A stretch of DNA of 63,049 bases from Phoronis australis (taxonomy: Eukaryota > Animalia > Phoronida): contig NMRA01000244.1 of the NCBI GenBank assembly GCA_002633005.1, positions 501,400 to 564,448 on the forward strand, read 5' to 3'. The notes under the pieces are model-generated. The model ran no database searches, had not been told where the DNA came from, and worked only from the letters and a program-made list of their open reading frames with translations. The position numbers and the translations under genes are program-made. Of the stretch, positions 20,099 to 46,045 are shown piece after piece. Positions within the stretch are counted from its first letter, which is position 1, and the number at the start of each line of letters is the position of its first letter.

Positions 20099-23000
20099 AA
20101 GTTTCTATAATTACATTTTGGGTGAAATTTCGCGATATTTCGTCAAAACGTTTCCATCGAGGAAACGATGACACAACCATGTTTGAGATCGACGTTTCAA
20201 CAATTATCTAATCATTATGATACCATATTTTGTTTTCTGTACATTATTGTAGCTGAGTATGATTTTTTATTAATATAGAACTGTCGTTTACATGCAGCAC
20301 TCTAAGGTTGTTTTTGTTTTCCATTTCCTGCTTCTAACAATATTTTCAAGCAAGTGTTCGAATGAGTCTAACTTGTGCTGCAACCCATTTTAGCACTTTG
20401 GAAACCGTTCTATTGGTGTGTTAAGAAAATCTTCCCCTTGAAATTTTATTTTCATGAGTACGTACATTTTCACTTGCTCGTACCTAAAACGACGTACTAC
20501 GGTATTTCGACCTAGGTACGGTGTCCAACACAGAGAAGATTTAGATGGACCTGGAAAACTGGAACTTGTTGGTTTGTCGAGATTTCCCCGCGTGAACATC
20601 AGGTTGGGTTTTCTATGAGTTCACCACAAGGTTATGTTAGTCTCATTTGCTGTAAATCTGTATTGCAGGAAACTGAAGTATTTGACTGAAGGCGTGACCC
20701 GACTGCCAATATGACCGTGGCAGTCGTGACCAATTCACAGCAAGCGCAGCATTTTTTCGATGTTGCTCCTTGATTATTTGGTTCGTCAACATTAAGCACA
20801 TATCTGAACACTTTTTGATTTCATTAGAAGTCTGTTCTTAAAAGGATTATTGTCTCGTGTCTATTTTAATATTTTGGGTAATACTGAGCACATAATTATA
20901 TGAACATTTATTGATTTCAGTAGAGTTCTGTTCATGAAAGGGTTACTGCCCCTTTACTATTTTAGTACTTTTGTCATTATTAAGCACAAATATGAACAGT
21001 TATTGATCTCATTAGAACACCGTTCTAAAGAGGAATGACTCAACTCACTGTATGGTTCCCGCAAGTTTAAATTGAGTACATTTTCTTTTAACCCTTTTCT
21101 GTTTTCTTGGGAAGTGGAATTAGTTGGCGTCTTCGCACCCCAAAGTTTGCTATCCTACATGCTTTCGTTTGCTGCCTCGCTTCAGGCTTACCAAAAGCAA
21201 ACGGCTTTGGTACGTGGTTACCCGAACCGGAAAAAGCCAAAACCTTCGGATCTTTAAAAATGTAATAATTATATACACAAGTTCTGCATTAAACACCATT
21301 TCACTAATGACCTAAGTTCAATACAGTTTAATAATTAAGATTGATTCACAACAGCTTAGACACTTGATTGACAGTCTCAGTTCAACCACATTGTAATTAT
21401 GGGTTACAATAGATAAATAAAGGTATCTGTTTTTTGAAGGAAAGTCTTATCTGGGATCAAGCAAACCTCATCAAACTGTAACTAATTAAGTATTCACTTG
21501 GTCGATTGAAAGGAAGATGGAACACGTGAATACTCTTCAGATGTCTCCACATGAGATCTGCCTTCTTATAGTCAACCACTGAATTAGATGACTGATATGG
21601 CTTCTTATAGTCAACCATTGAATTAGATGACTTATATGACTTCTTATAGTCAACCACTGAATTAGATAACTGACATGGCTTCTTATAGTCAACCATTGAA
21701 TTAGATGAATGATATGGCTTCTTATAGTCAATCATTGAATTAGATGATTGATATGGCTTCTTATAGTCAACCACTGAATTAGATGACTGATATGGCTTCT
21801 TATAATGCAACGCCAAATGAGAGGAGATCTCCCTTCTTATAGTCCAACCCCAAATGAGATAACAGATCTGCCTTAAAATAGTCAAACCTCGAATGAGATG
21901 GTAGATCTGTTTTCTTATAGTCAAACCCCAAATGAGATGTCAGACCTGTTTTCTTATAGTCAAACTCCAAAAGAAATGACTGGCCTGTCTTCTTATTGTC
22001 ATTCGCCAAACGAGATGACAGATCTGCCTTCTTATAGCCACACCCCAACTGAGATGAAACGTCTGTCTTCTGATAGTTAAACACCAAATGAGATGCCTTC
22101 TTGTACTAAAATCTCAAATGACATGACAGATCTGCCTTCTTATAACCACACCCCAACTGAGATGAAACGTCTGTCTTCTGATAGTTAAACACCAAATGAG
22201 ATGCCTTCTTGTACTAAAATCTCAAATGACATGACAGATCTGCCTTTTNAAGTTTCTATAATAACATTTTGGGTGAAATTTCGCGATATTTCGTCAAAAC
22301 GTTTTCATCGAGGAAACGATGACACAACCATGTTTGAGAACGACGTTTCAATATTTATCTAACATTCTGATACCATATTTTGTTTTCTGTATATTATTTT
22401 AGCTTAGTATGACTTTTTATTAATATAGAACCGTCGTTTACATGCTGCACTCTAACGCTGTTTTTTTTACATTTCCTGCTTCTAACAATATTTTCATACA
22501 TGTTTTCGAATGAGTCTAACGTGTGCTGCAACCCATTTTAGCACTTTGGAAACCGTTCTATTGGTGTGTTAAGAAAATCTTCCCCTTGAAATTTTGTTTT
22601 CATGAGTACGTACATTAACAGTTGCTCGTACCTAAAACGACGTACTACGGTATTTCGACCTAGGTACGGTATCCAACAGAGAGAAGTTTTAGATGGACCT
22701 GGAAAACTAGAACTTGTTGGTTTGTCGAGATTTCCCCGCGTAAACATCAGGTTGGGTTTTCTATGAGTTCACCACAAGTTTATGTTAGTCTCATTTGCTG
22801 TGAATGTGTATTGCAGGAAACTGAAGTATTTGACTGAAAGCGTGACCCGACTGCCAATATGACCGTGACATGTAGACCAATTCACAGCAAGCGCAGCATT
22901 TTGTCGATGTTGCTCCTTGATTATTTGGTTCGTCAACATTAAGCACATATCTGAAAACTTTTTGATTTCATTAGAAGTCTGTTCTTAAAAGGATTATTGT

Positions 23001-24503
23001 CTCGTGTCTATTTTAGTATTTTGGGTAATACTAAGCACATAATTATCTGAACATTTATTGATTTCAGTAGAGTTCTGTTCATGAATGGGTTACTGCCCCT
23101 TTACTATTTTAGTATTTTTGTCATTATTAAGCACAAATATGAACAGTTATTGATCTCATTAGAACACCGTTCTAAAGGGGAATGACTCAACTCACTGTAT
23201 GATTCCCGCAAGCTTAAGTTGAGTACATTTTCTTTTAACCCTTTTCTGTTTTCTTGGGAAGTGGAATTAGTTGGCGTCTTCGCACCCCAAAGTTTGCTAT
23301 TCTACATGCTTTCGTTTGCTGCCTCGCTTCAGGCTTACCAAAAGCAAACGGCTTTGGTACGTGGTTACCCGAACCGGAAAAAGCCAAAACCTTCGGATCT
23401 TTAAAAATGTAATAATTATATACAAAAGTTCTGCATTAAACACCATTTCACTAATGACCTAAGTTCAATACAGTTTAATAATTAAGATTGATTCACAACA
23501 ACTTAGACACTTGATTGACAGTCTCAGTTCAACCACATTGTAATTATGGGTTACAATAGATAAATAAAGGTATCTGTTTTTTGAAGGAAAGTCTTATCTG
23601 GGATCAAGCAAACCTCATCAAACTGTAACTAATTAAGTATTCACTTGGTCGATTGAAAGGAAGATGGAACACGTGAATACTCTTCAGATGTCTCCACATG
23701 AGATCTGCCTTCTTATAGTCAACCACTGAATTAGATGACTGATATGGCTTCTTATAGTCAACCATTGAATTAGATGACTTATATGACTTCTTATAGTCAA
23801 CCACTGAATTAGATAACTGACATGGCTTCTTATAGTCAACCATTGAATTAGATGAATGATATGGCTTCTTATAGTCAATCATTGAATTAGATGATTGATA
23901 TGGCTTCTTATAGTCAACCACTGAATTAGATGACTGATATGGCTTCTTATAATGCAACGCCAAATGAGAGGAGATCTCCCTTCTTATAGTCCAACCCCAA
24001 ATGAGATAACAGATCTGCCTTAAAATAGTCAAACCTCGAATGAGATGGTAGATCTGTTTTCTTATAGTCAAACCCCAAATGAGATGTCAGACCTGTTTTC
24101 TTATAGTCAAACTCCAAAAGAAATGACTGGCCTGTCTTCTTATTGTCATTCGCCAAACGAGATGACAGATCTGCCTTCTTATAGCCACACCCCAACTGAG
24201 ATGAAACGTCTGTCTTCTGATAGTTAAACACCAAATGAGATGCCTTCTTGTACTAAAATCTCAAATGACATGACAGATCTGCCTTCTTATAACCACACCC
24301 CAACTGAGATGAAACGTCTGTCTTCTGATAGTTAAACACCAAATGAGATGCCTTCTTGTACTAAAATCTCAAATGACATGACAGATCTGCCTTCTTATAA
24401 CCACACCCCAACTGAGATGAAACGTCTGTCTCTTGATAGTTAAACACCAAATGAGATGCCTTCTTGTACTAAAATCTCAAATGACATGACAGATCTGCCT
24501 TTT
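20099..24503. repeat. About 2.15-kb tandem duplication joined by a single N at 22249 (probable haplotype overlap)
   Basis: 20099-22248 closely matches 22250-about 24500; identical ORF-track entries offset by 2147-2148. Confidence 0.85.
21548..22248. repeat. 39-bp minisatellite grading into a 108-bp higher-order repeat (copy 1)
   Basis: Unit cttcttatagtcaaccactgaattagatgactgatatgg, then diverged variants and a 108-bp composite unit. Confidence 0.9.
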
Positions 24504-24585
24504 TATAGCCATACCCCAAATCATAATAAAATGAGGGACCTGCCTTCTGATAGCCATATCCCAAATGAAAGGTCATGTCTGCCTC
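23695..24585. repeat. 39-bp minisatellite / 108-bp higher-order repeat (copy 2, one extra 108-bp unit)
   Basis: tgacagatct recurs at 24271, 24379 and 24487 (period 108). Confidence 0.9.
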
Positions 24586-24802
24586 CATTCCTAGGTGGTG
24601 ATTTGTGTTTAAGACTCAGTTGGCCCATGGTGGTCGACATTTATAACATTTGTACCAACGACGGCACTGCTGCATTGGATGATGGGTCCTCTTTTTACCA
24701 GTAAAATGTTCAAGCAAGTATTGTCTTTAATGTGATGAGCTAGTCTCTTCTAGGTACTCATGGGATTTCTTTTTCTTGAAGTAGTTCTGATCACTCGATG
24801 AA

Positions 24803-37292
<12,490 letters not shown>

Positions 37293-38389
37293 CTTGTTTC
37301 CCAGTTCTCACCAGATCTCTCACATGGATGTCTGTAAAAGCCACAACAACGTCAACAAAAGTCGAACATTTCAGTTACTAAAGGTGTAGGCCTAAAGCAA
37401 AGATATTGTATGCACTGCTACGAAGAATGAGGGCTTTAAATTTATCAGCATTGGCAAACGTTTGGTTATACTGAAACCATCTCATCGCCTCATTTGTTAA
37501 TTGTTTCTTAAAACAAAATAACTAATTCATCCCTAATTTTATCAAAGCTAATGTGCAAATATAAGCCTAGTACAGTTTGCACTAATCATTTGAATACATC
37601 GTTTATGAAAGCGTTGAACAGCTGACCCAGGATAAAGTTAGAGCTCTGGGGGTAACCTTCTGAAACATATTGTACATGAGGGTTCATAGTGCTGTCTTTT
37701 GTGTATTCCTTCTTATTTCATGGTTTCATATATTATATGGGTCACTAGCACCTCTCACTCAGGAGCAGCAGATTGTTTTGATTTCATAAACTGTCACACC
37801 AATTACTAAGTGGGGCCAACAAAACACTCACCACGCCAAAAGCGGTTGAATTCCTCGGTTCTTCACTCGACGAGTACGAAGCACTGAGTTCCCGTTAGCA
37901 GTTTTAGTTCGAATGAACGAGATGCGCTGATGGCTCAGGTAACGCCTAAATGTTATCAGAGGGATTTGGAACCAGAACGTGACCAAGCAGCTCTAGTCAC
38001 AAGGGGTCGATGCTGTACTTGAACTTGGAATTCTGGTTATCGCAAGATCGCCGTGTGAACTTGGAATTGCCTTGGAAACTTGGCAAGTTCATACCACGCT
38101 CAAATTGAAAAGAATTTGCGCTACACTAAATCAAATCACAGTTTAATGAAATTATGTAAATGTTGTTTTTGTGTTTTTCAGCATCGCACAAATTTTCAGT
38201 TATACAAAAGGTCAAAACACCCTAAACTAACCAGGAGCTGATAAGGTACAGTAGATGTTGACTAATACAAGCTTACATGAAGCATTATACATGTAACCTA
38301 GATCGCTAGGTAATGAAAGTATAGTGAGGTACGTGCAGTACAAAATCTAGATATCGAATACATGGAGATAACAAATATATACACATTTA

Positions 38390-39200
38390 CCATGAATCTA
38401 GCAAACAGGTGAAGATACAATATAGTTTGTAATTAAGTTGTAACAAAGATATGTACAATATAAAACTAAAGTCTAGCTATCAACAGTATGAGGTAAAATA
38501 AACTGACCAATAAAATATAAACGGATTTTAAAAGTAACTTACAGGAACACAAATAGGTCTCTGTATTTCCGGATTCTGTGTTTGAAAATTTGAAGTCACT
38601 TGTTTTTGGGTTTTCATGTGGTCATCTACAGAATTCTTAAGTTTGGGTGCTAAAAATCTAAAACCTTGCAGGCCATATTTTGTTGTTTTGACACTAGGAA
38701 TGCGAAGATTCATCAATCCTCTGTGATTGTAAAGATTGTCACGAGTGTTTAAAAGGTCACTGGCAGATGCGTNGGCCAGGGTTTTGCCCGTCAGACATTC
38801 GCACCCCCGAACTGACAAATAGAATCTGAGAGAGTTTTAGGGAGGCCATGGCCCCACTGCACCCTCTAAATCCGCCACTGAGTGGCGCTTGAAGATGAAG
38901 AGCTTTGTAAAGTATCGGTATGTGTTGTAGGCGTCCTATGTAGAGGGAAATTCGATTTGTTTGAACTGGAAAGTCTTTACATTCTATTCTGCCATGAAAT
39001 TTGCAGGTGGTTTTGAGGGCATATTTGAAAGCCTTTTCAAGCTTGTCAGAATTTAAAAGACGATTCGCCGCGGCGGTGAATTTTCCTACGCGACACAAGT
39101 CCCGTATAAAGGATGAAATGAGCACAGACCCAGCAATCGCTTTCGCATTATATCATTCATCCCCTTGCATACATTCACTAGTAAGACCGAGATTGGAGAA
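38390..39200 (-). mobile_element. L2/CR1-group LINE 3' fragment, interrupted by a small insertion at about 38760-38880
   Basis: KLEKAFKYALK..RLQHI..LYKALH..YNHRG..LRIPSVKTTKYGLQGFRFLAPKL.NS, typical of the CR1/L2 ORF2 C-terminus. Confidence 0.7.
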
Positions 39201-39239
39201 ATAGGAGACACCTTTTATTTGTGCAATGCTCGATTGTCA

Positions 39240-39304
39240 GCCAGTAAACCCAGGATTCGAACCCGGGTCTCCCAAATGGGAGTCGGAGCTCAAACCACTG
39301 AGCC
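39240..39304 (-). mobile_element. tRNA-derived SINE head
   Basis: Minus strand GGCTCAGTGG (A box) ... GGGTTCGAATCC (B box); no paired acceptor stem. Confidence 0.6.
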
Positions 39305-42300
39305 AAACAGTCTTCTCTTGTGATCTTGAGGTCAACAATTAGAAAAATACTTTACAGTGAACAAAAACTTCCCTCTGATTACTGTATTGAATATATATTA
39401 CCAAGTTAATCACGCATACGCTATCTAGTTTGTGAACCGGCTTATCCCTGGACTGAACATGCTGAACGGCAAGCGCACTGAGTGCAGTGCGGAAGCGGAG
39501 TCAACATGCGAGCCAGAGAGCAAAAGCCCACAGGATTGGCTAAATCGCTAGATTGTTATTGTGTGATAGTAAGGTTAGAAACAATGATGCTGACACACTC
39601 GCAGATTAACGTTCTGATGAACCGCTCGCCCAGTTCATCAGATTTTAATCTGTTTAAACACGGTTTTTCAGTCTATAATCCTAAGTGTAGGCTACTATAC
39701 TTTGGTAATCGGGCTAGTCATAAAAAAGACTCTCTCCGAGTTGGTTAGAATCAGGACCTTATTGGAGATTCTTACAGATATCTAAATTGTGTTATTAGCT
39801 GCTCGCACGGCTCAAGCCGAAGCAGTTTTGCGTGTATGTTTCTCATTGACCAGTGAAACAATTAACTTTGACACACGCGGAAAAAATTACTATTTCAACA
39901 CAAAATTTTAACGTTGTCAGAGATCCCACAAATAAAACAAACATCAATAGGGCCTAGCGAGTAAAACCCTGACTCAAAGGGCACAAATGGCCATTGCAAC
40001 GCCGAGTAGTAAGACAGTACCGTGATTTCACAAGCAAACAGGTGACTATTATACCCGTGAGCAACAGCGCCGAACGTCGACGCTCGAGTTTTCCGCGGTG
40101 GTATTCGTTCGAATTATCGAACCCCTCCATAGTAGCAGCGCGTCAGCGTTACGTAGCATACATTCATTCGACACAGAAGCAGGAAGCTGATGAGGCCCTC
40201 TCCCCACTACTTGACCTCGTCACAGTCTCTTAAATCGTGAGACAGTTGGCATTTTTTAGTCCTTATGTCTTTCGCCTCCTTCGGGCGTTATCTCTATTTA
40301 TTTATTATATCGACGTTAGTGCGCGTCTCATTACTCGAGGGACCCTCATTCATTCAATGAGTACTTAAGTAAATCCATCTCTGTTTTGACCTGCAACGCA
40401 TAGGCATATTGCAAACTTTTGAGATCTGTTCTCATACCTAAAACTGATTGAGCAAGATTTTAGACAATTGGAATATATTCCGTTAGGCCTAACGCCGCAT
40501 AGCATACTATGACATTTTATAGCTGGATATAGACGTGATGTTTAATCCGGGCATGAAGAAATTTGTTTATAAAATTGAAAAACGGCACTCCGGTGTGTTC
40601 AAGTGAAAAATCATAGGAGCGCTAGTAAATAAAATCCTTCCGATTTGTGATGAAAATGCTACGTTTTTGTAGTGTTTTACCCAAAATATTGGAATCTTCC
40701 ATAAAAACTACAGACGAAAAAGGTAACCTTCCTTAGAGATTTCATACGAAAAAGGTACCCTTTCGTAGAGGAAGGATAACTGAACTTTCCGCAGGCACAT
40801 CTCGTATACCCCACACATGTAAGTACCTCCTCCGGTATGCCCCTTTTCTGCCATCCCATGTGGATGCCCGGGACCGTCGCCCGGCGCTCCCAACCCCGCC
40901 CCTCCCTCCACGTTACTGCCTAGGGCGTCTTTGATTCACGTGGTTTATCTTGACTCCGAACGGGACGCGCAATTTCGTCAAAAAAATTACACCCACAATT
41001 CCGTCAGGTGGTGATAGGAGTGACCTACCGTGACAAAATTTTCGTCGTTAATGATGGTGCTCCTTAACATCTTCATAGAACGGGTTGTACTTCACCTAGC
41101 TAGCGGGAAGAAATAGTTGACGTTCAGTGGAAAGTAATTAATTTCATTTATACTCAGCAACTCGAACAAAACATAAACCTCTTCTGCGTGTCTCTTGAGA
41201 GTCATTCGCTAATTTTTCTACACCTCTAAAGGCAATATTTTTTCTGTTAGATTTTCTTGGTCCGGTCTCGCAATTTCATAAGTTTCTTTGTCTTTTCTCC
41301 ATTTTCAATTACTCTAATCGTTTGTCGTACTTTTCACTATTCACGTTTGATACTTGATTTAATTTTTACAATTTCAATGTCTATAGGCAGTCGATTTGCC
41401 GAGGATTACTTGGCCAACTTTGAAGTTTCTGTTTTCTTCTTCGTATCTAGCTTCAGGTTCCGTTAGAATGGACAAAAGAAAATTTTCTTTCCCCAGTTCT
41501 TCAGTGATCGACAACCGGCATCATGCCGTGACAGCATTTGCAGTCGATGTTCAACCAACAGTAACCGTTTCAGCTCAGAAACCCATCTCGTTGACATGTG
41601 TTCGAGCCGGAAACAGAACGCTTCATGACAGTGCCGATTTCGTCTGAAAGTGAAGACACTCTCATATTGTAACACGTCAGCAAAGGGGTTTTCATATCAC
41701 ACATTCGTCTTTTACACTTCATATTACTGTATGGCCATAACAAGTATGATTTGCCACATTTGTAAAGAAACTATGCGTTGTTATGCATCCACATATTTAT
41801 ATATATTTTTAATTTATATGTTGGTTCATATTGCCATCATCTCTGTCCGGCACCTGAGCCTTCGAAGTTGTATTTCAATCCTCAACCCCTAACAGAAACT
41901 TCATCACACTTTAAGTGCACCAAGCTTGGGACACAGTGGCTACCACAATTTGAAAAAGAAAGTATAATCTTCTAATTGCAATTCTCAAATTCAATTGAAC
42001 TTGATATTCACTAAGTCTACTGCAAAGACAGTCGGATCTCTGACCTAATCGTAGAATGTACATATTGATTCAAGCACCAGAGTGGGCACATTCTGGGACA
42101 AAAGAAAAAAGTATATATCATCGGACTGCATTAAAATATTGGAGTAAGGGGCTTAGCATCTCAAACGGATTTGTGATAGCACACAGTTCTATATAAAGGC
42201 ACATTTTTAGGCAATAATTTCCTAAACTTTTTGAGATTAGTTAGTCATACCATGGGATTCCGTGAAAAGCAGTACAACAGTTTGTGAATATGTGGGAGGT

Positions 42301-42379
42301 GTGTTAGTTGTCACGAAATCAAAAAAAAAACACAAGCTCCATTCAAGCCAATCATAGCATCAGGATTCAACGAGCGCTT

Positions 42380-42964
42380 GGGGTCTTGTCCCATCTTACT
42401 TATGTGCTAAGTTTAAGATGACTACTAATCGCTACAATACTAGGTCCTCATCATCATCTTATTTCAATCTTCCTAAACGCAGAAGCGAGACTGGGAAAAA
42501 ATCATTTTCCTACAGCGGGCCCTTTTTGGAACTCTCTCCCTGCAGATGTCAAATCTACATCATCCTTTCTAACCTTTAAAAAATTATAAGAAATAGACTT
42601 AACTCCATGTAATGTCTAAGAATTGCATGTTTATTCATTTGTTTTTATATAATGTCTTACTTTTATTAATTATTGATTATCTGTTTTAATTTTTTTATAT
42701 TTATATTTTTTATTTTTTAGTTTATTATCTTGTCTTAATTTCCTTATATTTTATTTATCATATTTTATTTTTTAATTAGCTTCATCAGTTTTTCCATGTT
42801 AATTTCTTATTATTTGCTCATTACTTAAAATTGTCTTTCATTTTGTATTTCTGTTTTTGTCTTACTATCTGTTTTTTACTGAGGGCCCCCATGGAATGCA
42901 GTGTGAACTGATGGGGCTACCGTCATTGTAAATATTACATTAATAATAAAACAATAATAAATAA
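42380..42964 (+). mobile_element. L2/CR1-group LINE 3' fragment with (TAA)-rich tail
   Basis: YNTRSSSSSYFNLPKRRSETGKKSFSYSGP.WNSLPADVKSTSSFLTFKK, AT-rich 3' UTR, terminal hairpin gcccccat..atggggc, aataaa repeats. Confidence 0.75.
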
Positions 42965-43039
42965 GCGCTCTCATAAACATTTTATGTCTGGTATTACAGA
43001 AATTTATGTCCTTTTCTTTGTGTATAACTGCCGTGTGTA

Positions 43040-43093
43040 GATCATTATATTAGTCTTACTGCCACATAATACAATAAGACTAATATAATGATC
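43040..43093. repeat. Perfect 19-bp-stem hairpin
   Basis: gatcattatattagtctta / taagactaatataatgatc with 16-nt loop. Confidence 0.8.
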
Positions 43094-44763
43094 CGTGTAT
43101 ATCGAACACCAGTTGACGTGGCAGTCTTGACTAACACCTTCACATTAATTTACTATTGCATATAATCCCAATGAGGAAGCAGGTGTTCATTAGTGAAACA
43201 CAATGTGTTAATAGATAGGATTATTCACAGGTAAGATCTCAATGTAGATGTTTACAGGGATGTTTATAATTGACCATTACAGTTGAAGGCAGGTGCAATG
43301 TATATACAGATGCTCTGGTTTAAATGACATGATTAGGAAAGATAGTAGGTTATTAACCCTCAACGATGATGCTTTGATGTGTCGTTAGAATGCACAGAAT
43401 CAAGGTAAAAGAAAACATGTCTATGCCGTAAGTAGCACAATAGATCATTCCATCAGTTGCAAGTCACATCATCAAGCCCTTGTCTAAAATGTTACTATCG
43501 AGTACGTGCGAAAGACAGATCCCTTGGAAAGTTAACTGCTGAAATAGAATAAAGGTTTGCAAGTGACACTAGTCTAGGTTGGTGGCATTTTCAATAACCA
43601 TTCTAGGATGAAACCTGCTTACTCAAGATGCAATTTGATAACTTCAGGCACAAAGACATGTAAGACTCAAGAGTTGGTTGTCATGCCTTCATCATTTCCA
43701 GAATAACTGAAACAACTTTTGATTAAAATAATGCTTGACAAACTTAAGTAGAAATGTCACAGTGAGACGTGGCTGCCATATTGGTAATACATGCTAGCCA
43801 GTAAGCTCCTCTCGAGATTCTTTCTTTTTAGTCACGTGACCTTGCAAAGTCTTATGATATTGCTTTTCCAGCAAGAAACCAGTTCTAGTGAACGCCCACA
43901 GATCAAACTGGGAAAGCTTTGCTTGAACACTTCAATTCCTTTCGTGATACTTTCATAAACGTCAGTGCGTTGGAGTCTAGCAATTGGCATTTTGCAATTC
44001 CATTACAGTTGTGCTAGCATGAACAAGGATCTGCATGAATGGTAGAAGATTTTCAGGAAATAAAACTCTCCCACAATGCACTTGAAAAAGGACTGACAAC
44101 AGATTTGATATCACACCATAATTTTTCAACATGTGCCTGACTCATTATGTGGACCTGATTGACAACTGGTTCTAAATTAGGCCAGTGTATATATAGTTAT
44201 TCTCTGAATCTAGGAGCCAGTAAGAGAAGGAATAGCAATGCAGTAAACTCTACTGAAACGAGCTGCGTTGCGGGCTTGCACACTTTTCAGTCAATCGGCG
44301 CACAAAACATTAGCGCCAATCAACATGTCTGTCGGGTGTTTCCGGACTAGGATGATTCACATAAATTCTCTGCAGTGACAAGAGTGCAGTCGCCATTTTG
44401 GTTGTAATAGCATTTCTGAAGTCCGTCACTGATAATGTATTCAAGTTTTATTTCGTAGATAATAGTAGTATTGATTTGAATAGTGTACTTTGCATTGGCT
44501 TTGAAGATGACGTCAGTAATTCACCTCTTTCACGAACGCGGGGCGCTGCTGTCGTGTTGATCGAAAACGAGGCGCCTTGACAAACATGGCATCGTCCTGC
44601 AAGGTGTTGTGGTCAAAAGACTTATCAACGTTACCAAAAATCAAGTTGTCTGATGTTGAATCGATCTCCAAAAAACATACCGTCCAATACTTACGGCAAC
44701 TAGACTTTTACCCTCCTCTGCCATTCCTTAGTAGTTTTCCCTCTTTTGAAAAAGTGTGGAAGT

Positions 44764-46045
44764 CAGGGATATACCCAGGCTTTTAGTCTTGAAAAACCCT
44801 GCTCGCCAGCTGGGCGAGTGCCGGAGCCAGAAAATCTACTCGCCAAGCCCGAAGTTCGGTCACCCGGCCGTTGGCGCCAGTCACCACAAACTTGCTGCTA
44901 ATTTAAATAAAAATCATCGTTTCGTGCACTGATGTCACCATCTATTNNNNNNNNNNNNNNNNNNNNNNNNNNNNNNNNNNNNNNNNNNNNNNNNNNNNNN
45001 NNNNNNNNNNNNNNNNNNNNNNNNNNNNNNNNNNNNNNNNNNNNNNNNNNNNNNNNNNNNNNNNNNNNNNNNNNNNNNNNNNNNNNNNNNNNNNNNNNNN
45101 NNNNNNNNNNNNNNNNNNNNNNNNNNNNNNNNNNNNNNNNNNNNNNNNNNNNNNNNNNNNNNNNNNNNNNNNNNNNNNNNNNNNNNNNNNNNNNNNNNNN
45201 NNNNNNNNNNNNNNNNNNNNNNNNNNNNNNNNNNNNNNNNNNNNNNNNNNNNNNNNNNNNNNNNNNNNNNNNNNNNNNNNNNNNNNNNNNNNNNNNNNNN
45301 NNNNNNNNNNNNNNNNNNNNNNNNNNNNNNNNNNNNNNNNNNNNNNNNNNNNNNNNNNNNNNNNNNNNNNNNNNNNNNNNNNNNNNNNNNNNNNNNNNNN
45401 NNNNNNNNNNNNNNNNNNNNNNNNNNNNNNNNNNNNNNNNNNNNNNNNNNNNNNNNNNNNNNNNNNNNNNNNNNNNNNNNNNNNNNNNNNNNNNNNNNNN
45501 NNNNNNNNNNNNNNNNNNNNNNNNNNNNNNNNNNNNNNNNNNNNNNNNNNNNNNNNNNNNNNNNNNNNNNNNNNNNNNNNNNNNNNNNNNNNNNNNNNNN
45601 NNNNNNNNNNNNNNNNNNNNNNNNNNNNNNNNNNNNNNNNNNNNNNNNNNNNNNNNNNNNNNNNNNNNNNNNNNNNNNNNNNNNNNNNNNNNNNNNNNNN
45701 NNNNNNNNNNNNNNNNNNNNNNNNNNNNNNNNNNNNNNNNNNNNNNNNNNNNNNNNNNNNNNNNNNNNNNNNNNNNNNNNNNNNNNNNNNNNNNNNNNNN
45801 NNNNNNNNNNNNNNNNNNTTTTTTACTGCCGGAGCATCGACACGATGACCAAACTGAACCTTAAATTCATGATAAAAACAGCACAAGGAGGAGGAAAATT
45901 ATTCATATTCATCTGGGAAACGATATATAGTGCTTTTGCGCTCTGAAATTCGCTCGCCACCGGGCGACCGGCAAGTCAACTTCTACTCGCCCAGCACCAT
46001 TTTTACTCGCATTGGCGACTGGGCGAATGGCTAAGTATATCCCTG
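44764..46045. mobile_element. Possible hAT-like non-autonomous element spanning the assembly gap
   Basis: Termini cagggatatac / gtatatccctg and repeated ctcgcc/ggcga subterminal motifs; no clean TSD; interior is N. Confidence 0.4.
44947..45817. other. Assembly gap (N run)
   Basis: Run of n. Confidence 1.

Noticed and set aside
21548-22248. CRISPR-like array
   Set aside because: Units are contiguous tandem repeats without unique spacers, there are no cas genes, and the context is eukaryotic.
19000-22375. Additional hammerheads suggested by GAAACGTCG motifs (about 19014, 20190 minus, 22340 minus)
   Set aside because: No CTGANGA core or consistent stems at the right spacing.
21457-24234. ORFs with 13-aa DYKKPYQSSNSVV repeats (21457-21924, 23604-24071 and neighbours)
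   Set aside because: Simple translation of a 39-bp (multiple of 3) minisatellite; no splice or start context; open in several frames.
20099-24503. Biologically real 2.15-kb tandem duplication
   Set aside because: Single-N junction, as at 29895 and 57525, points to scaffolded overlapping haplotigs; not accepted without spanning reads.
44932-45886. Long X-containing ORFs here and at 60984-61581
   Set aside because: Produced by N gaps.
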